Of a stretch of DNA of 64,000 nt, positions 56,639 to 64,000 are shown piece by piece; the first letter of the stretch is position 1; each line of letters opens with the position of its first letter. The translations under genes were made by a program, and so were the position numbers. Under the pieces are notes generated by a model, which was not told the DNA's origin, did no database searches, and worked only from the letters and a program-made list of their open reading frames with translations. The stretch comes from Candidatus Gastranaerophilales bacterium (GTDB lineage: Bacteria > Cyanobacteriota > Vampirovibrionia > Gastranaerophilales > Gastranaerophilaceae). The stretch covers positions 175 to 64,174 of the forward strand of contig CALUWB010000002.1 in assembly GCA_944324375.1 (NCBI GenBank), written 5' to 3'.

Positions 56639-57205
56639 ATGGCAATAGGTGGAATAGGTGGTAACGAACCAATAAAAGAAGTCAAGGGACCACAAAGTAA
56701 TAATGAAGTCATAAATCGCAGTCAGGTTTCACCTGATCAAATTAGTATATTCAATAAATGTGATACCGATAGCAATGGCAAACTTGAAGGAGCTGAAGTA
56801 AACAGTTTCAAATCAATGATTGCTCAACTAAAAAATAAACTTACTGGAGGAGTAGAAAAAACAGAAACAAAACAGACAGGAACAAATGAAGATGTAAAAA
56901 ATGCAACAAATCAGCCTACAAAAAATAGTGTTGATAAATTTGAGGCAGATGGAACATATAAAACAGAAGTAAAATATGTTAATGGCCAAAAAGAAATAAC
57001 TACAGGTGGAGAAACTGTTAAAGTTGGAGAAAATTCATTAGATGTCACTGGGAAAAATGGTGAATCTATTGGAGGAACTAAAATTTTACCTAATGGAATG
57101 CAAGTATTAAAGCAACCTAACGGAGAACAAGGGGTTTATGACCCTAAGAAAGGACAGTTTTTACCTGAAGAAGAAGCAAAAAAAGTTTTAGCTGAAATGT
57201 CATAA
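56639..57205 (+). CDS. Hypothetical protein with an EF-hand-like calcium-binding loop
   Basis: The ORF-track frame opens at TTG 56525. ATG 56639 is preferred because GGAG lies 7 nt upstream. DTDSNGKLEGAE fits the 12-residue EF-hand loop (D-x-D-x-N-G-x-hydrophobic-x-x-x-E). Confidence 0.6.
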   Translation: MAIGGIGGNEPIKEVKGPQSNNEVINRSQVSPDQISIFNKCDTDSNGKLEGAEVNSFKSMIAQLKNKLTGGVEKTETKQTGTNEDVKNATNQPTKNSVDKFEADGTYKTEVKYVNGQKEITTGGETVKVGENSLDVTGKNGESIGGTKILPNGMQVLKQPNGEQGVYDPKKGQFLPEEEAKKVLAEMS

Positions 57206-57327
57206 ACTTGATATTTTTATTCAAATTAAAAGAGAGTTTTCTAATAAGAAGAGTTGAGCTTTTCTTGTATTTTTAAAGATTGATATTATATTGTCGTAAC
57301 CTCTTGTATAATCAAGCGAGGTTTTAA

Positions 57328-57501
57328 ATGGCTAGAATTATAGAAAGTTCTTCAGGTGGTAGAAGATTAATTAAACTATCAACAGCAGACGTAATATCTG
57401 TTGTACAAGAATATCAACAACTTGTACATAACAATAGATGTTACGAAGATATTTATTCTATTTTAAATGACAAAGTTATTTTTTTACCTGAAGAAGGGTA
57501 A
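57328..57501 (+). CDS. Small hypothetical protein (57 aa), absent from the ORF track
   Basis: Translation is MARIIESSSGGRRLIKLSTADVISVVQEYQQLVHNNRCYEDIYSILNDKVIFLPEEG. GAGG lies 7 nt upstream, TGTATAAT lies about 20 nt upstream, and a hairpin lies directly downstream. Confidence 0.45.
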   Translation: MARIIESSSGGRRLIKLSTADVISVVQEYQQLVHNNRCYEDIYSILNDKVIFLPEEG

Positions 57502-57505
57502 ACGG

Positions 57506-57533
57506 TTTTGACAGAGATTATTCTCTGTCAAAA
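57506..57533. terminator. Hairpin between convergent genes
   Basis: ttttgacagag (57506-57516) pairs with ctctgtcaaaa (57523-57533). There is no separate U-tail beyond the stem. Confidence 0.45.
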
Positions 57534-57541
57534 TCTTATAC

Positions 57542-58252
57542 CTATCTAACAATCGTTGCATTAACCTGTTTTTTAGAATTCATTGATCTTTCTAATACAT
57601 TCATTAATTGTGCTTCTGTATCAACATTGTACAGCTTTCCACTAGTTACATTTGCAGTACAAGTAAGTTGATCTAAATCATCGTGATTTTTTATATTTAT
57701 TGCAATCACATCTATTTTAATGTCTCTTCTAGTCTTTATTAAATTCATAACATATTCACAAGGACTCTCATCACAATTTTCACCCCCATCAGTTACTAAC
57801 ACAATATGTTTTGGGGTTCTATTTTGAGGAAAGTCATTCTCAATAGTTTCTTTTAATGAATATGTAATCGGTGTCATTCCTCTTGGACGATATTTACTTA
57901 ACACATCAGGGATAATATCTCTATTATATTTATTTATTCCCTCAATCATATTGGAGGCTCTACAAGCATCATAATTTGTAAAGCCCCATCTGTGCCCATA
58001 TACCCTGACACCTACTGGAACTTCATCAGGAATTTGGGTGACTAAACTATCAAAACAACGTCTTAATATATTGAATTTTGTTTCTCCTTCAATTCTTTCA
58101 TTCATACTATTAGAATAATCAAGAATAAAAACAGTTGGAATATCTCCTCTTAAATTTGCACCTAAAGAATTATGGTAATCATAAACCCTATAGGCTTCTT
58201 GTGCCATACAAGAAAGTGAAAAAAATATAAAACTTATTAATAACCATCTCAT
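57542..58252 (-). CDS. Exported von Willebrand factor type A (VWA) domain protein
   Basis: 236-aa ORF with a signal peptide. It has the MIDAS motif VFILDYSNSM and downstream VLVTDGGEN. Confidence 0.8.
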   Translation of the reverse strand: MRWLLISFIFFSLSCMAQEAYRVYDYHNSLGANLRGDIPTVFILDYSNSMNERIEGETKFNILRRCFDSLVTQIPDEVPVGVRVYGHRWGFTNYDACRASNMIEGINKYNRDIIPDVLSKYRPRGMTPITYSLKETIENDFPQNRTPKHIVLVTDGGENCDESPCEYVMNLIKTRRDIKIDVIAINIKNHDDLDQLTCTANVTSGKLYNVDTEAQLMNVLERSMNSKKQVNATIVR

Positions 58253-58355
58253 AATTTAATTTTATGACTGTTTCAATTTGAATAATTCCCTATTTGACGA
58301 ATATTTTTAGTTGCAATATCATTAACATGCTAGCCAATATTATTAAGGATAAATT

Positions 58356-59597
58356 ATGAATATAGAAACTGAACAAAAATTTAAAGAAACTGAAAAATTA
58401 TTACAAAAAGAATTTGAATATATTGAAGATATAAGAGATTTCAATCAAGAAAAAGTGCTAAAAGCATTTATCGATAATAAAGTCGCACCAGAACATTTTT
58501 ATACAGTATCAGGCTATGGACACGATGATTTAGGGAAAGAAATTCTTGATAATGTTTTTGCACAAGTGTTCAAAACCGAAAAAGCAATTGTAAGAAATCA
58601 CTTTGTATCAGGAACACATTCAATCGCTTGTGCGTTATTTGGAAACCTAAGACACGGAGACAAACTTGTTTCAGTTACGGGAACACCTTACGATACAATG
58701 CTTGAAGTTATAGGAAAAGTTGAAGGTCGTGAAGAAATAAGACCTGAATCTTTAATGGGACACGGAGTTTTATATGATGAAGTTCCACTTAAAGAAGACG
58801 GAACAGTAGATTTTGAAGGAATTGCAAATAAAATTGATGAAACAGTTACAATGGTAGAAATCCAACGTTCAAGAGGATATTCATTAAGACCATCAGTAAA
58901 CATTGAAACAATCAAAAAAATCTGTGAAATAGTAAAATCTAAAAATCCAAACTGTATTTGTTTTGTAGATAATTGCTATGGAGAATTTGTAGAAAAACAA
59001 GAGCCACTAGAAGTTGGAGCTGATTTAATTGCTGGTTCATTAATTAAAAATCCAGGTGGTGGTATTGTTGAAACAGGTGGTTATATTGCAGGAAAAGAAA
59101 AATACGTAGAACAAGCAGCAATGAGATTAACTGCTCCTGGAATAGGCTCAGAAGGTGGAGCAATGCTAAATCAACTTAGATTAATATTCCAAGGTTTATT
59201 TATGGCACCATCAATTGTTGCAGATGCAGTAAAAGGAGCCGTTCTTGCAGCTAAAATATTTGAAGATATAGGCTACAAATCAACTCCTAAATATAATGAA
59301 CATAGAACGGATTTAATCCAAACAATAGAATTTGGAAAACCTGAGCCATTGGAAATATTCTGCAGAAAAATTCAACAATTATCTCCAATAAATTCTCATG
59401 TAACTCCAATCCCTGACGATGTTCCAGGATATGAAGATAAACTTATAATGGCTGGGGGAACATTTATTGAAGGATCAACAATAGAACTATCTGCAGATGG
59501 ACCTATGAGAGCTCCTTATGCCGTTTATATGCAAGGTGGTTTAAATTACTCACACGTTAAATATGTACTAAAAAATATTTATGAGGACGTTAAATAA
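58356..59597 (+). CDS. PLP-dependent enzyme of the YnbB / aluminium-resistance (methionine gamma-lyase-like) family
   Basis: 413-aa ORF. The N-terminal region ...NQEKVLKAF...HFYTVSGYGHDDLGKE...FVSGTHSIACALFG is typical of this family. Confidence 0.75.
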   Translation: MNIETEQKFKETEKLLQKEFEYIEDIRDFNQEKVLKAFIDNKVAPEHFYTVSGYGHDDLGKEILDNVFAQVFKTEKAIVRNHFVSGTHSIACALFGNLRHGDKLVSVTGTPYDTMLEVIGKVEGREEIRPESLMGHGVLYDEVPLKEDGTVDFEGIANKIDETVTMVEIQRSRGYSLRPSVNIETIKKICEIVKSKNPNCICFVDNCYGEFVEKQEPLEVGADLIAGSLIKNPGGGIVETGGYIAGKEKYVEQAAMRLTAPGIGSEGGAMLNQLRLIFQGLFMAPSIVADAVKGAVLAAKIFEDIGYKSTPKYNEHRTDLIQTIEFGKPEPLEIFCRKIQQLSPINSHVTPIPDDVPGYEDKLIMAGGTFIEGSTIELSADGPMRAPYAVYMQGGLNYSHVKYVLKNIYEDVK

Positions 59598-60037
59598 TGA
59601 CAATTTTAAAAATAAAAAGATTAGCTCATAACAAAATTTTACCTGAATATAAAACAGAAGGTGCTGCTGGAATGGATTTATCAGCTGCAATTGAAGAACC
59701 TATAACTTTAAAGCCATTAGAAAGAACTTTAGTTCCAACAGGTATAAAAATTGAACTTGAACACGGCTATGAAGCACAAGTAAGACCACGTTCAGGATTA
59801 TCAATTAAACACGGAATTACATTAATTAATTGCGTAGGAACAATTGATGAAGACTATAGAGGTGAACTTTGTGTTCCGGTTGTTAATTTATCTAATGAAG
59901 AATATACTATTCAACCACAAGAAAGAATTGCACAAATGATAATTGCAAGAGTTGAACAAGCAAAAATTGAGGTTGTTACAGAACTTTCAGACACTGAACG
60001 AGGTGAAGGAGGATTCGGTTCAACAGGAAAAAATTAA
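59597..60037 (+). CDS. dut: dUTP diphosphatase
   Basis: 146-aa ORF. It has the five dUTPase motifs, including GAAGMDL, RPRSGL, GTIDEDYRGE and GGFGSTG. Confidence 0.95.
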   Translation: MTILKIKRLAHNKILPEYKTEGAAGMDLSAAIEEPITLKPLERTLVPTGIKIELEHGYEAQVRPRSGLSIKHGITLINCVGTIDEDYRGELCVPVVNLSNEEYTIQPQERIAQMIIARVEQAKIEVVTELSDTERGEGGFGSTGKN

Positions 60038-60068
60038 TATTTTATTTAAAATATAATAAATTTATTAT

Positions 60069-60857
60069 ATGGAGAATATCATGAGTAATAATAAAGATGG
60101 GTTTGATAACGAATTAGATATTATTAAATACATAAATTCAAAAAATAATTTTAATAATATGAATGATAATATGCAAAAATTTTTGCTACAACTATTCAAT
60201 GATATTAATATTAAAAATCAAACAATATTTGCATCAAAACCTGTTGGATTTCCTAAAAACATCAAACCAGATATCGTAATTTCAGCTCTTGGGAAACAAA
60301 AATTTGTTAGTATTAAAAAAGGTTCTGGAAATAGTGTTCATCAAGAAGATTTAAAAGATTTTACAAAATACTTATTAAGTATTGGAATATCTGAAGAAAC
60401 AATATTTTATCTTAGAGAATTCCATTATGGGGATGGAACTATTGATGGTTCTGGAGCTACAAGAATAAGCGCAAAAGAATTTAAAAATAAATATCCAGAA
60501 AAAATTAAACAAATCAACCTTGAATTTAATAATCCAGAAATTTTGAAAAAATTATTTAATAGGTTCTTATTTATAGGAAATATTCCAAATGCTCCTATTG
60601 TTGATATGATATATTATGGTTCAGTTGATAAAGGTATTTGGGCTAAAAATACAGACGTTGAAAAATATTTATTAAATTGCTATACAAATAAAGAAGCTAT
60701 TATGTTCTCTCAATTAAGTTATCAAGTATGGAATCGTTGTTTAAATTTTAATCCAAAAACCGAAAATAGAAGACATATAATGCAAATTAAGTGGGCTAGT
60801 CTTGAAAATGACTTAACTAATATTACAAAACAAAGGAGCAACAACTTTGAAAAATAG
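60069..60857 (+). CDS. Putative restriction endonuclease subunit 1 (PD-...-SxK-like)
   Basis: 262-aa ORF; ATG 60081 after GGAGA is an alternative start. KPDIVISALGKQKFVSIKKGSGNS has a D...S-I-K arrangement. It is paralogous to the next ORF and lies next to two m5C methyltransferases. Confidence 0.5.
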   Translation: MENIMSNNKDGFDNELDIIKYINSKNNFNNMNDNMQKFLLQLFNDINIKNQTIFASKPVGFPKNIKPDIVISALGKQKFVSIKKGSGNSVHQEDLKDFTKYLLSIGISEETIFYLREFHYGDGTIDGSGATRISAKEFKNKYPEKIKQINLEFNNPEILKKLFNRFLFIGNIPNAPIVDMIYYGSVDKGIWAKNTDVEKYLLNCYTNKEAIMFSQLSYQVWNRCLNFNPKTENRRHIMQIKWASLENDLTNITKQRSNNFEK

Positions 60858-61638
60858 AGGAACTATAGAAGGTGACCAACAAGAAATTATATTCGTACAA
60901 GAATATAATAAACATATCAACAATGAAGTATTTAATGAATATAATAAATTATTTAATAATTATGATTTAAATAAAATCTATTTATGCAGAGTTGTAACAA
61001 AACAATATTCAAAATTAAGCAATCAAGTTGTTATGACTAGAGCTGATGCTTATGCTGTGTATATTGATAGTGATATTAGTGATTTATTAAAAAATAACTC
61101 ATACTATTTAGATGAAAATATTCTTAAATTAAACAATATAAAATATCATTTTATTAATAAATCTGGGATTTCTATTAAATTATCTAATTCTAAAAAGTTT
61201 CAAATTCTGAAACTTACACCAAATAGTTTTAAGTCACTATTTGGGAATTCAGAACTTGGAGCAGGTGCAAGTTTATATTGTCAAAAAGAAGAAGAGTTAA
61301 TCAAAAATACTGATTTGATTAAAGGTTGGGGCACAACTATTCAATCAATGTGTGAATATTTTTCAAATTTAAATATTGACTATAACTTCACAAATAATAC
61401 AAACTCTTGTAAACAAATAAAAATATTTTCTGAACAAAAAATTAAAGAAATAATAGATTCTTCAATAAGCATCCAAAAAAAGATTTTTAATGGTATAGAC
61501 CTTTATGAAGAGCCCTACACAGCTTACTACTTATATAAAGATGCTAAACTTACAAATCTAAATTATATACCATTTCAAATAACAACAGGTTCAGGGCGCT
61601 CTAAAGGGATATACACTCTCGTTCTAAAACCTCTTTAG
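60847..61638 (+). CDS. Putative restriction endonuclease subunit 2 (paralogue of subunit 1)
   Basis: 263-aa ORF. Its TTG start lies 8 nt after AAGGAG and overlaps the upstream gene by 11 nt. RADAYAVYIDSD...KSGISIKLSNSKK parallels subunit 1. Confidence 0.5.
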   Translation: MKNRGTIEGDQQEIIFVQEYNKHINNEVFNEYNKLFNNYDLNKIYLCRVVTKQYSKLSNQVVMTRADAYAVYIDSDISDLLKNNSYYLDENILKLNNIKYHFINKSGISIKLSNSKKFQILKLTPNSFKSLFGNSELGAGASLYCQKEEELIKNTDLIKGWGTTIQSMCEYFSNLNIDYNFTNNTNSCKQIKIFSEQKIKEIIDSSISIQKKIFNGIDLYEEPYTAYYLYKDAKLTNLNYIPFQITTGSGRSKGIYTLVLKPL

Positions 61639-62659
61639 GTTGTTCTAAGTTATTAATAAAATTATCATCATTAACAATAGTATTTTCACTCGTATTAATA
61701 TTTAATAACTCAATTAAGTTTTTTGCTAATTCATTTATAATAGGAACAACAACACTATTCCCAATTTGTTTATATGCGTTTGCTCCTTTACCTATTATAT
61801 AAGAAGAAGGATAACCCATAATTTGTAAGCATTCTTTCTCTGTCAATTTTCTCATTTGTTTCACAACAACAGGAATATTATTCCCTCCTGTTCCCATTTT
61901 AGCAGTTAAACATGGTGCAATACTATCATTTTTAAACTGACACCTAGATGGGCGAATCTCATAAGCAAGAGTATCTGACTGAACTATTATATTTTTTAAC
62001 TTAATAAATTTTTTAATATGCTCTTTACAAATATCTGATATATTATATTTTTCATCAGGTAGGTTTGCATTTATTATTGATTGAAGCTGAACAGAGGTAA
62101 TTTTTTCCTTTGGAAAATAATAATTATTAATATCAATACCTAAATCTTTTCTTACCCCAATACAATACCATCTTTCTCTATTTTGTGGAATTCCAAAATC
62201 TTTTGCATTCAAAACTTGAGATTTAAAATCATATCCTAATTCAGATAAAACATTATTAATAACTTTTATTGTATTACCTTTATCATGATTAGTAATCCCC
62301 TTAACATTCTCTAAAATGAAAGCTTTAGGATGTTTTTCTTTTAATATTCTTGCAACCTCAAAAAATAAATTCCCTCTTGAATCCTCAAAGCCCTTTCTGT
62401 AACCAGCAATCGAAAACGACTGACAAGGAAAACCAGCACATAATATATCATGATCTGGAATATCTTGAGATGATATAGTTCGAATATCGCCTTCCGGAAG
62501 TTCTCCAAAATTTTTCGCATAAATACTTGCAACTTGTTTATCAATTTCAGAACTAAAAACACAAGTACAACCTTGTTTCTCAAATGCAAGTCGAAACCCT
62601 CCTAATCCAGCAAATAAATCTATAAATTTATATTCTCTATTCAAATTATACAACCCCAT
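61601..62659 (-). CDS. DNA (cytosine-5)-methyltransferase
   Basis: 352-aa ORF. Motif I is FIDLFAGLGGF, IV is GFPCQSFS, VI is ENVKG, VIII is QNRER and X is GNSVVVP. Confidence 0.95.
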   Translation of the reverse strand: MGLYNLNREYKFIDLFAGLGGFRLAFEKQGCTCVFSSEIDKQVASIYAKNFGELPEGDIRTISSQDIPDHDILCAGFPCQSFSIAGYRKGFEDSRGNLFFEVARILKEKHPKAFILENVKGITNHDKGNTIKVINNVLSELGYDFKSQVLNAKDFGIPQNRERWYCIGVRKDLGIDINNYYFPKEKITSVQLQSIINANLPDEKYNISDICKEHIKKFIKLKNIIVQSDTLAYEIRPSRCQFKNDSIAPCLTAKMGTGGNNIPVVVKQMRKLTEKECLQIMGYPSSYIIGKGANAYKQIGNSVVVPIINELAKNLIELLNINTSENTIVNDDNFINNLEQPKEVLERECISL

Positions 62660-63698
62660 TTTTAAGATTTTTACTTATTTCCTGCGCAATTGCTAATCCT
62701 AATAAAGGAGGAACAGCATTAGCCAATTGTTGATGCTGATCTGATTTATTTCCTAAAAATTCAAAATTATCATCGAATGATTGTAAACGAGCAACCTCTC
62801 TTACTGTTGGAGTTCTATTTACAAAAGGATGTATTAACATTGATTTTGTTGCATGTTTAATCGTAATAGATGGCTTCGTTGAATCTAATCTTCTATAATT
62901 ATTGCTATGAGTTCCTCCTCCTTGCCCTAATTCTAATGGAATATTTTGCCAATTGCCTCCTTGAGGAACACAAGACATTCTCTTAACTATTAATTCATTA
63001 TGTTGTATTGGCTCATGATTATAAATATGCTTACTCCCTGACATTAATTTTTGATATTGTGACGTTGGAGATAAATACTCTGAACCACTTACAGGAATAT
63101 TACCTAATGCATCACCTACTGTAACATAATTTGTTGAAGAATATTTTGCTTTTGGATAAGTCAATGGATAATTTTTACTTATCATAAAAATTACACGTTT
63201 TCTCTGTTGAGGCACACCATAATCTGCAGCATTTAAAACCTTATATTCTAACTTGTAACCTATTTTATTAAATTCTTCTTTAATTAGTCCCTTAATATCA
63301 TGTCCATCCGAATCTGACATTGATAGAAGCCCAACAACATTTTCTATTACAACATATTTAGGCTCTATGATTTTAGTAATTTTTACAACTTCTTTAAATA
63401 AACTATTTCTCTGATCATTTACATTACGCTGCCCAGACATACTAAAGCCTTGGCAAGGAGGCCCTGCGATAATTACATCAACTTTATTTTTTAAACTTTT
63501 CCAATACCCTTCATCTATTAAGGTTAAATCTTTGTTTAAAAGTGTAGTTTTTTTATGATTTTTTTCAAATGTTTTAAGCGCTATATTCCATATATCAGCA
63601 CCTAATATAACTTCAAAATCTTGAGTTTTTTCAAATCCGTATGAAAACCCTCCAACACCACAAAACAAATCTACAACTTTAAACTTATCTTTCCTCAT
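62646..63698 (-). CDS. DNA (cytosine-5)-methyltransferase
   Basis: 350-aa ORF. Motif I is VVDLFCGVGGF, IV is GPPCQGFS, VI is ENVVG, VIII is QQRKR and X is ANAVPP. It overlaps the second methyltransferase by 14 nt. Confidence 0.95.
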   Translation of the reverse strand: MRKDKFKVVDLFCGVGGFSYGFEKTQDFEVILGADIWNIALKTFEKNHKKTTLLNKDLTLIDEGYWKSLKNKVDVIIAGPPCQGFSMSGQRNVNDQRNSLFKEVVKITKIIEPKYVVIENVVGLLSMSDSDGHDIKGLIKEEFNKIGYKLEYKVLNAADYGVPQQRKRVIFMISKNYPLTYPKAKYSSTNYVTVGDALGNIPVSGSEYLSPTSQYQKLMSGSKHIYNHEPIQHNELIVKRMSCVPQGGNWQNIPLELGQGGGTHSNNYRRLDSTKPSITIKHATKSMLIHPFVNRTPTVREVARLQSFDDNFEFLGNKSDQHQQLANAVPPLLGLAIAQEISKNLKNGVV

Positions 63699-63765
63699 TT
63701 AGCCTCACCCGTTAATATTATATAATAAATAGTTTAGTTATTTAAATTTGTAACAAATCATTTAA

Positions 63766-63800
63766 TAAAAAAAAGACTTAACATAAGTCAAGTCTTTTTT
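63766..63800 (-). terminator. Hairpin flanked by A- and T-runs upstream of the methyltransferase operon
   Basis: agactt (63775-63780) pairs with aagtct (63790-63795), flanked by an A8 run and a T6 run. It terminates the partial upstream minus-strand gene. Confidence 0.55.
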
Positions 63801-63827
63801 ATAAGATTTATTTACTTAATAAGATGA

Positions 63828-64000
63828 TTATTTTGCAATAGCTGCATCATCCATCAATAAAATCATTACTTGTTCACCTTCTTTAGCTTTATAATTCAAA
63901 CCAGGAGTTAACAATCCTACTATTAGACCAACCCCACAACCAACAGGAATACCAATTGCTAAACCTGTTCCAATTGCAGCATGAGTTGGAATAAATGCAA
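63828..64000 (-). CDS. C-terminal fragment of a membrane protein (gene continues beyond the window)
   Basis: The minus frame is open from the window edge to TAA at 63830-63828. Translation is ...FIPTHAAIGTGLAIGIPVGCGVGLIVGLLTPGLNYKAKEGEQVMILLMDDAAIAK. It is hydrophobic and Gly-rich, and I could not identify it. Confidence 0.4.
   Translation of the reverse strand, partial: AFIPTHAAIGTGLAIGIPVGCGVGLIVGLLTPGLNYKAKEGEQVMILLMDDAAIAK

Overview
This is a 64-kb window from a very AT-rich bacterial chromosome. The host looks diderm (LptC/LptA-like genes) and anaerobic (class III ribonucleotide reductase nrdDG). A tentative DUF1822-like protein hints at a non-photosynthetic cyanobacterial relative (Melainabacteria/Vampirovibrionia). 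That placement is a low-confidence inference, not a demonstrated result.

Most of the window is housekeeping: rpsB-tsf, lptC/lptA-like, dprA, topA, aroE, tRNA-Thr(CGT), hsp20, a primary-like sigma-70 factor, rlmB, nadA, nupC, grpE-dnaJ, thiL, mntP, rsmH, nrdDG, glmU, ferritin, yebC and dut.

Several accessory or unexplained patches sit between these genes:
1. 4.0-7.4 kb: a visibly more AT-rich island with two divergent XRE regulators around a perfect 15-bp inverted repeat, two small polytopic membrane proteins and a 543-aa orphan protein.
2. 7.65-10.6 kb: a near-consensus promoter and a cobalamin-riboswitch-like leader in front of three proteins I cannot assign. The same leader core recurs upstream of nrdDG. 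This is my best candidate for an undescribed system.
3. 17.3-19.2 kb: a two-gene unit next to the tRNA, one gene carrying a radical-SAM-type CX3CX2C motif.
4. 20.9-22.7 kb: a tandem HTH-WYL regulator pair.
5. 24.5-29.7 kb: two tandem TPR + GT9-like glycosyltransferase fusions and a divergent all-TPR protein.
6. 32.4-34.1 kb: a perfect 867-bp tandem duplication of a 171-aa gene. Its N-terminus matches that of the 636-aa protein at 1963-3873.
7. 40.6-45.1 kb: several orphan proteins sharing an N-terminal x-S-F-(K/R)-(A/G) tag.
8. 60.1-63.7 kb: a four-gene restriction-modification locus with two paralogous endonuclease-like ORFs and two m5C methyltransferases, the Bpu10I/BbvCI-type layout.

I saw no rRNA genes, CRISPR arrays, transposases or integrases. 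All functional calls come from reading motifs by eye; no database search was run.
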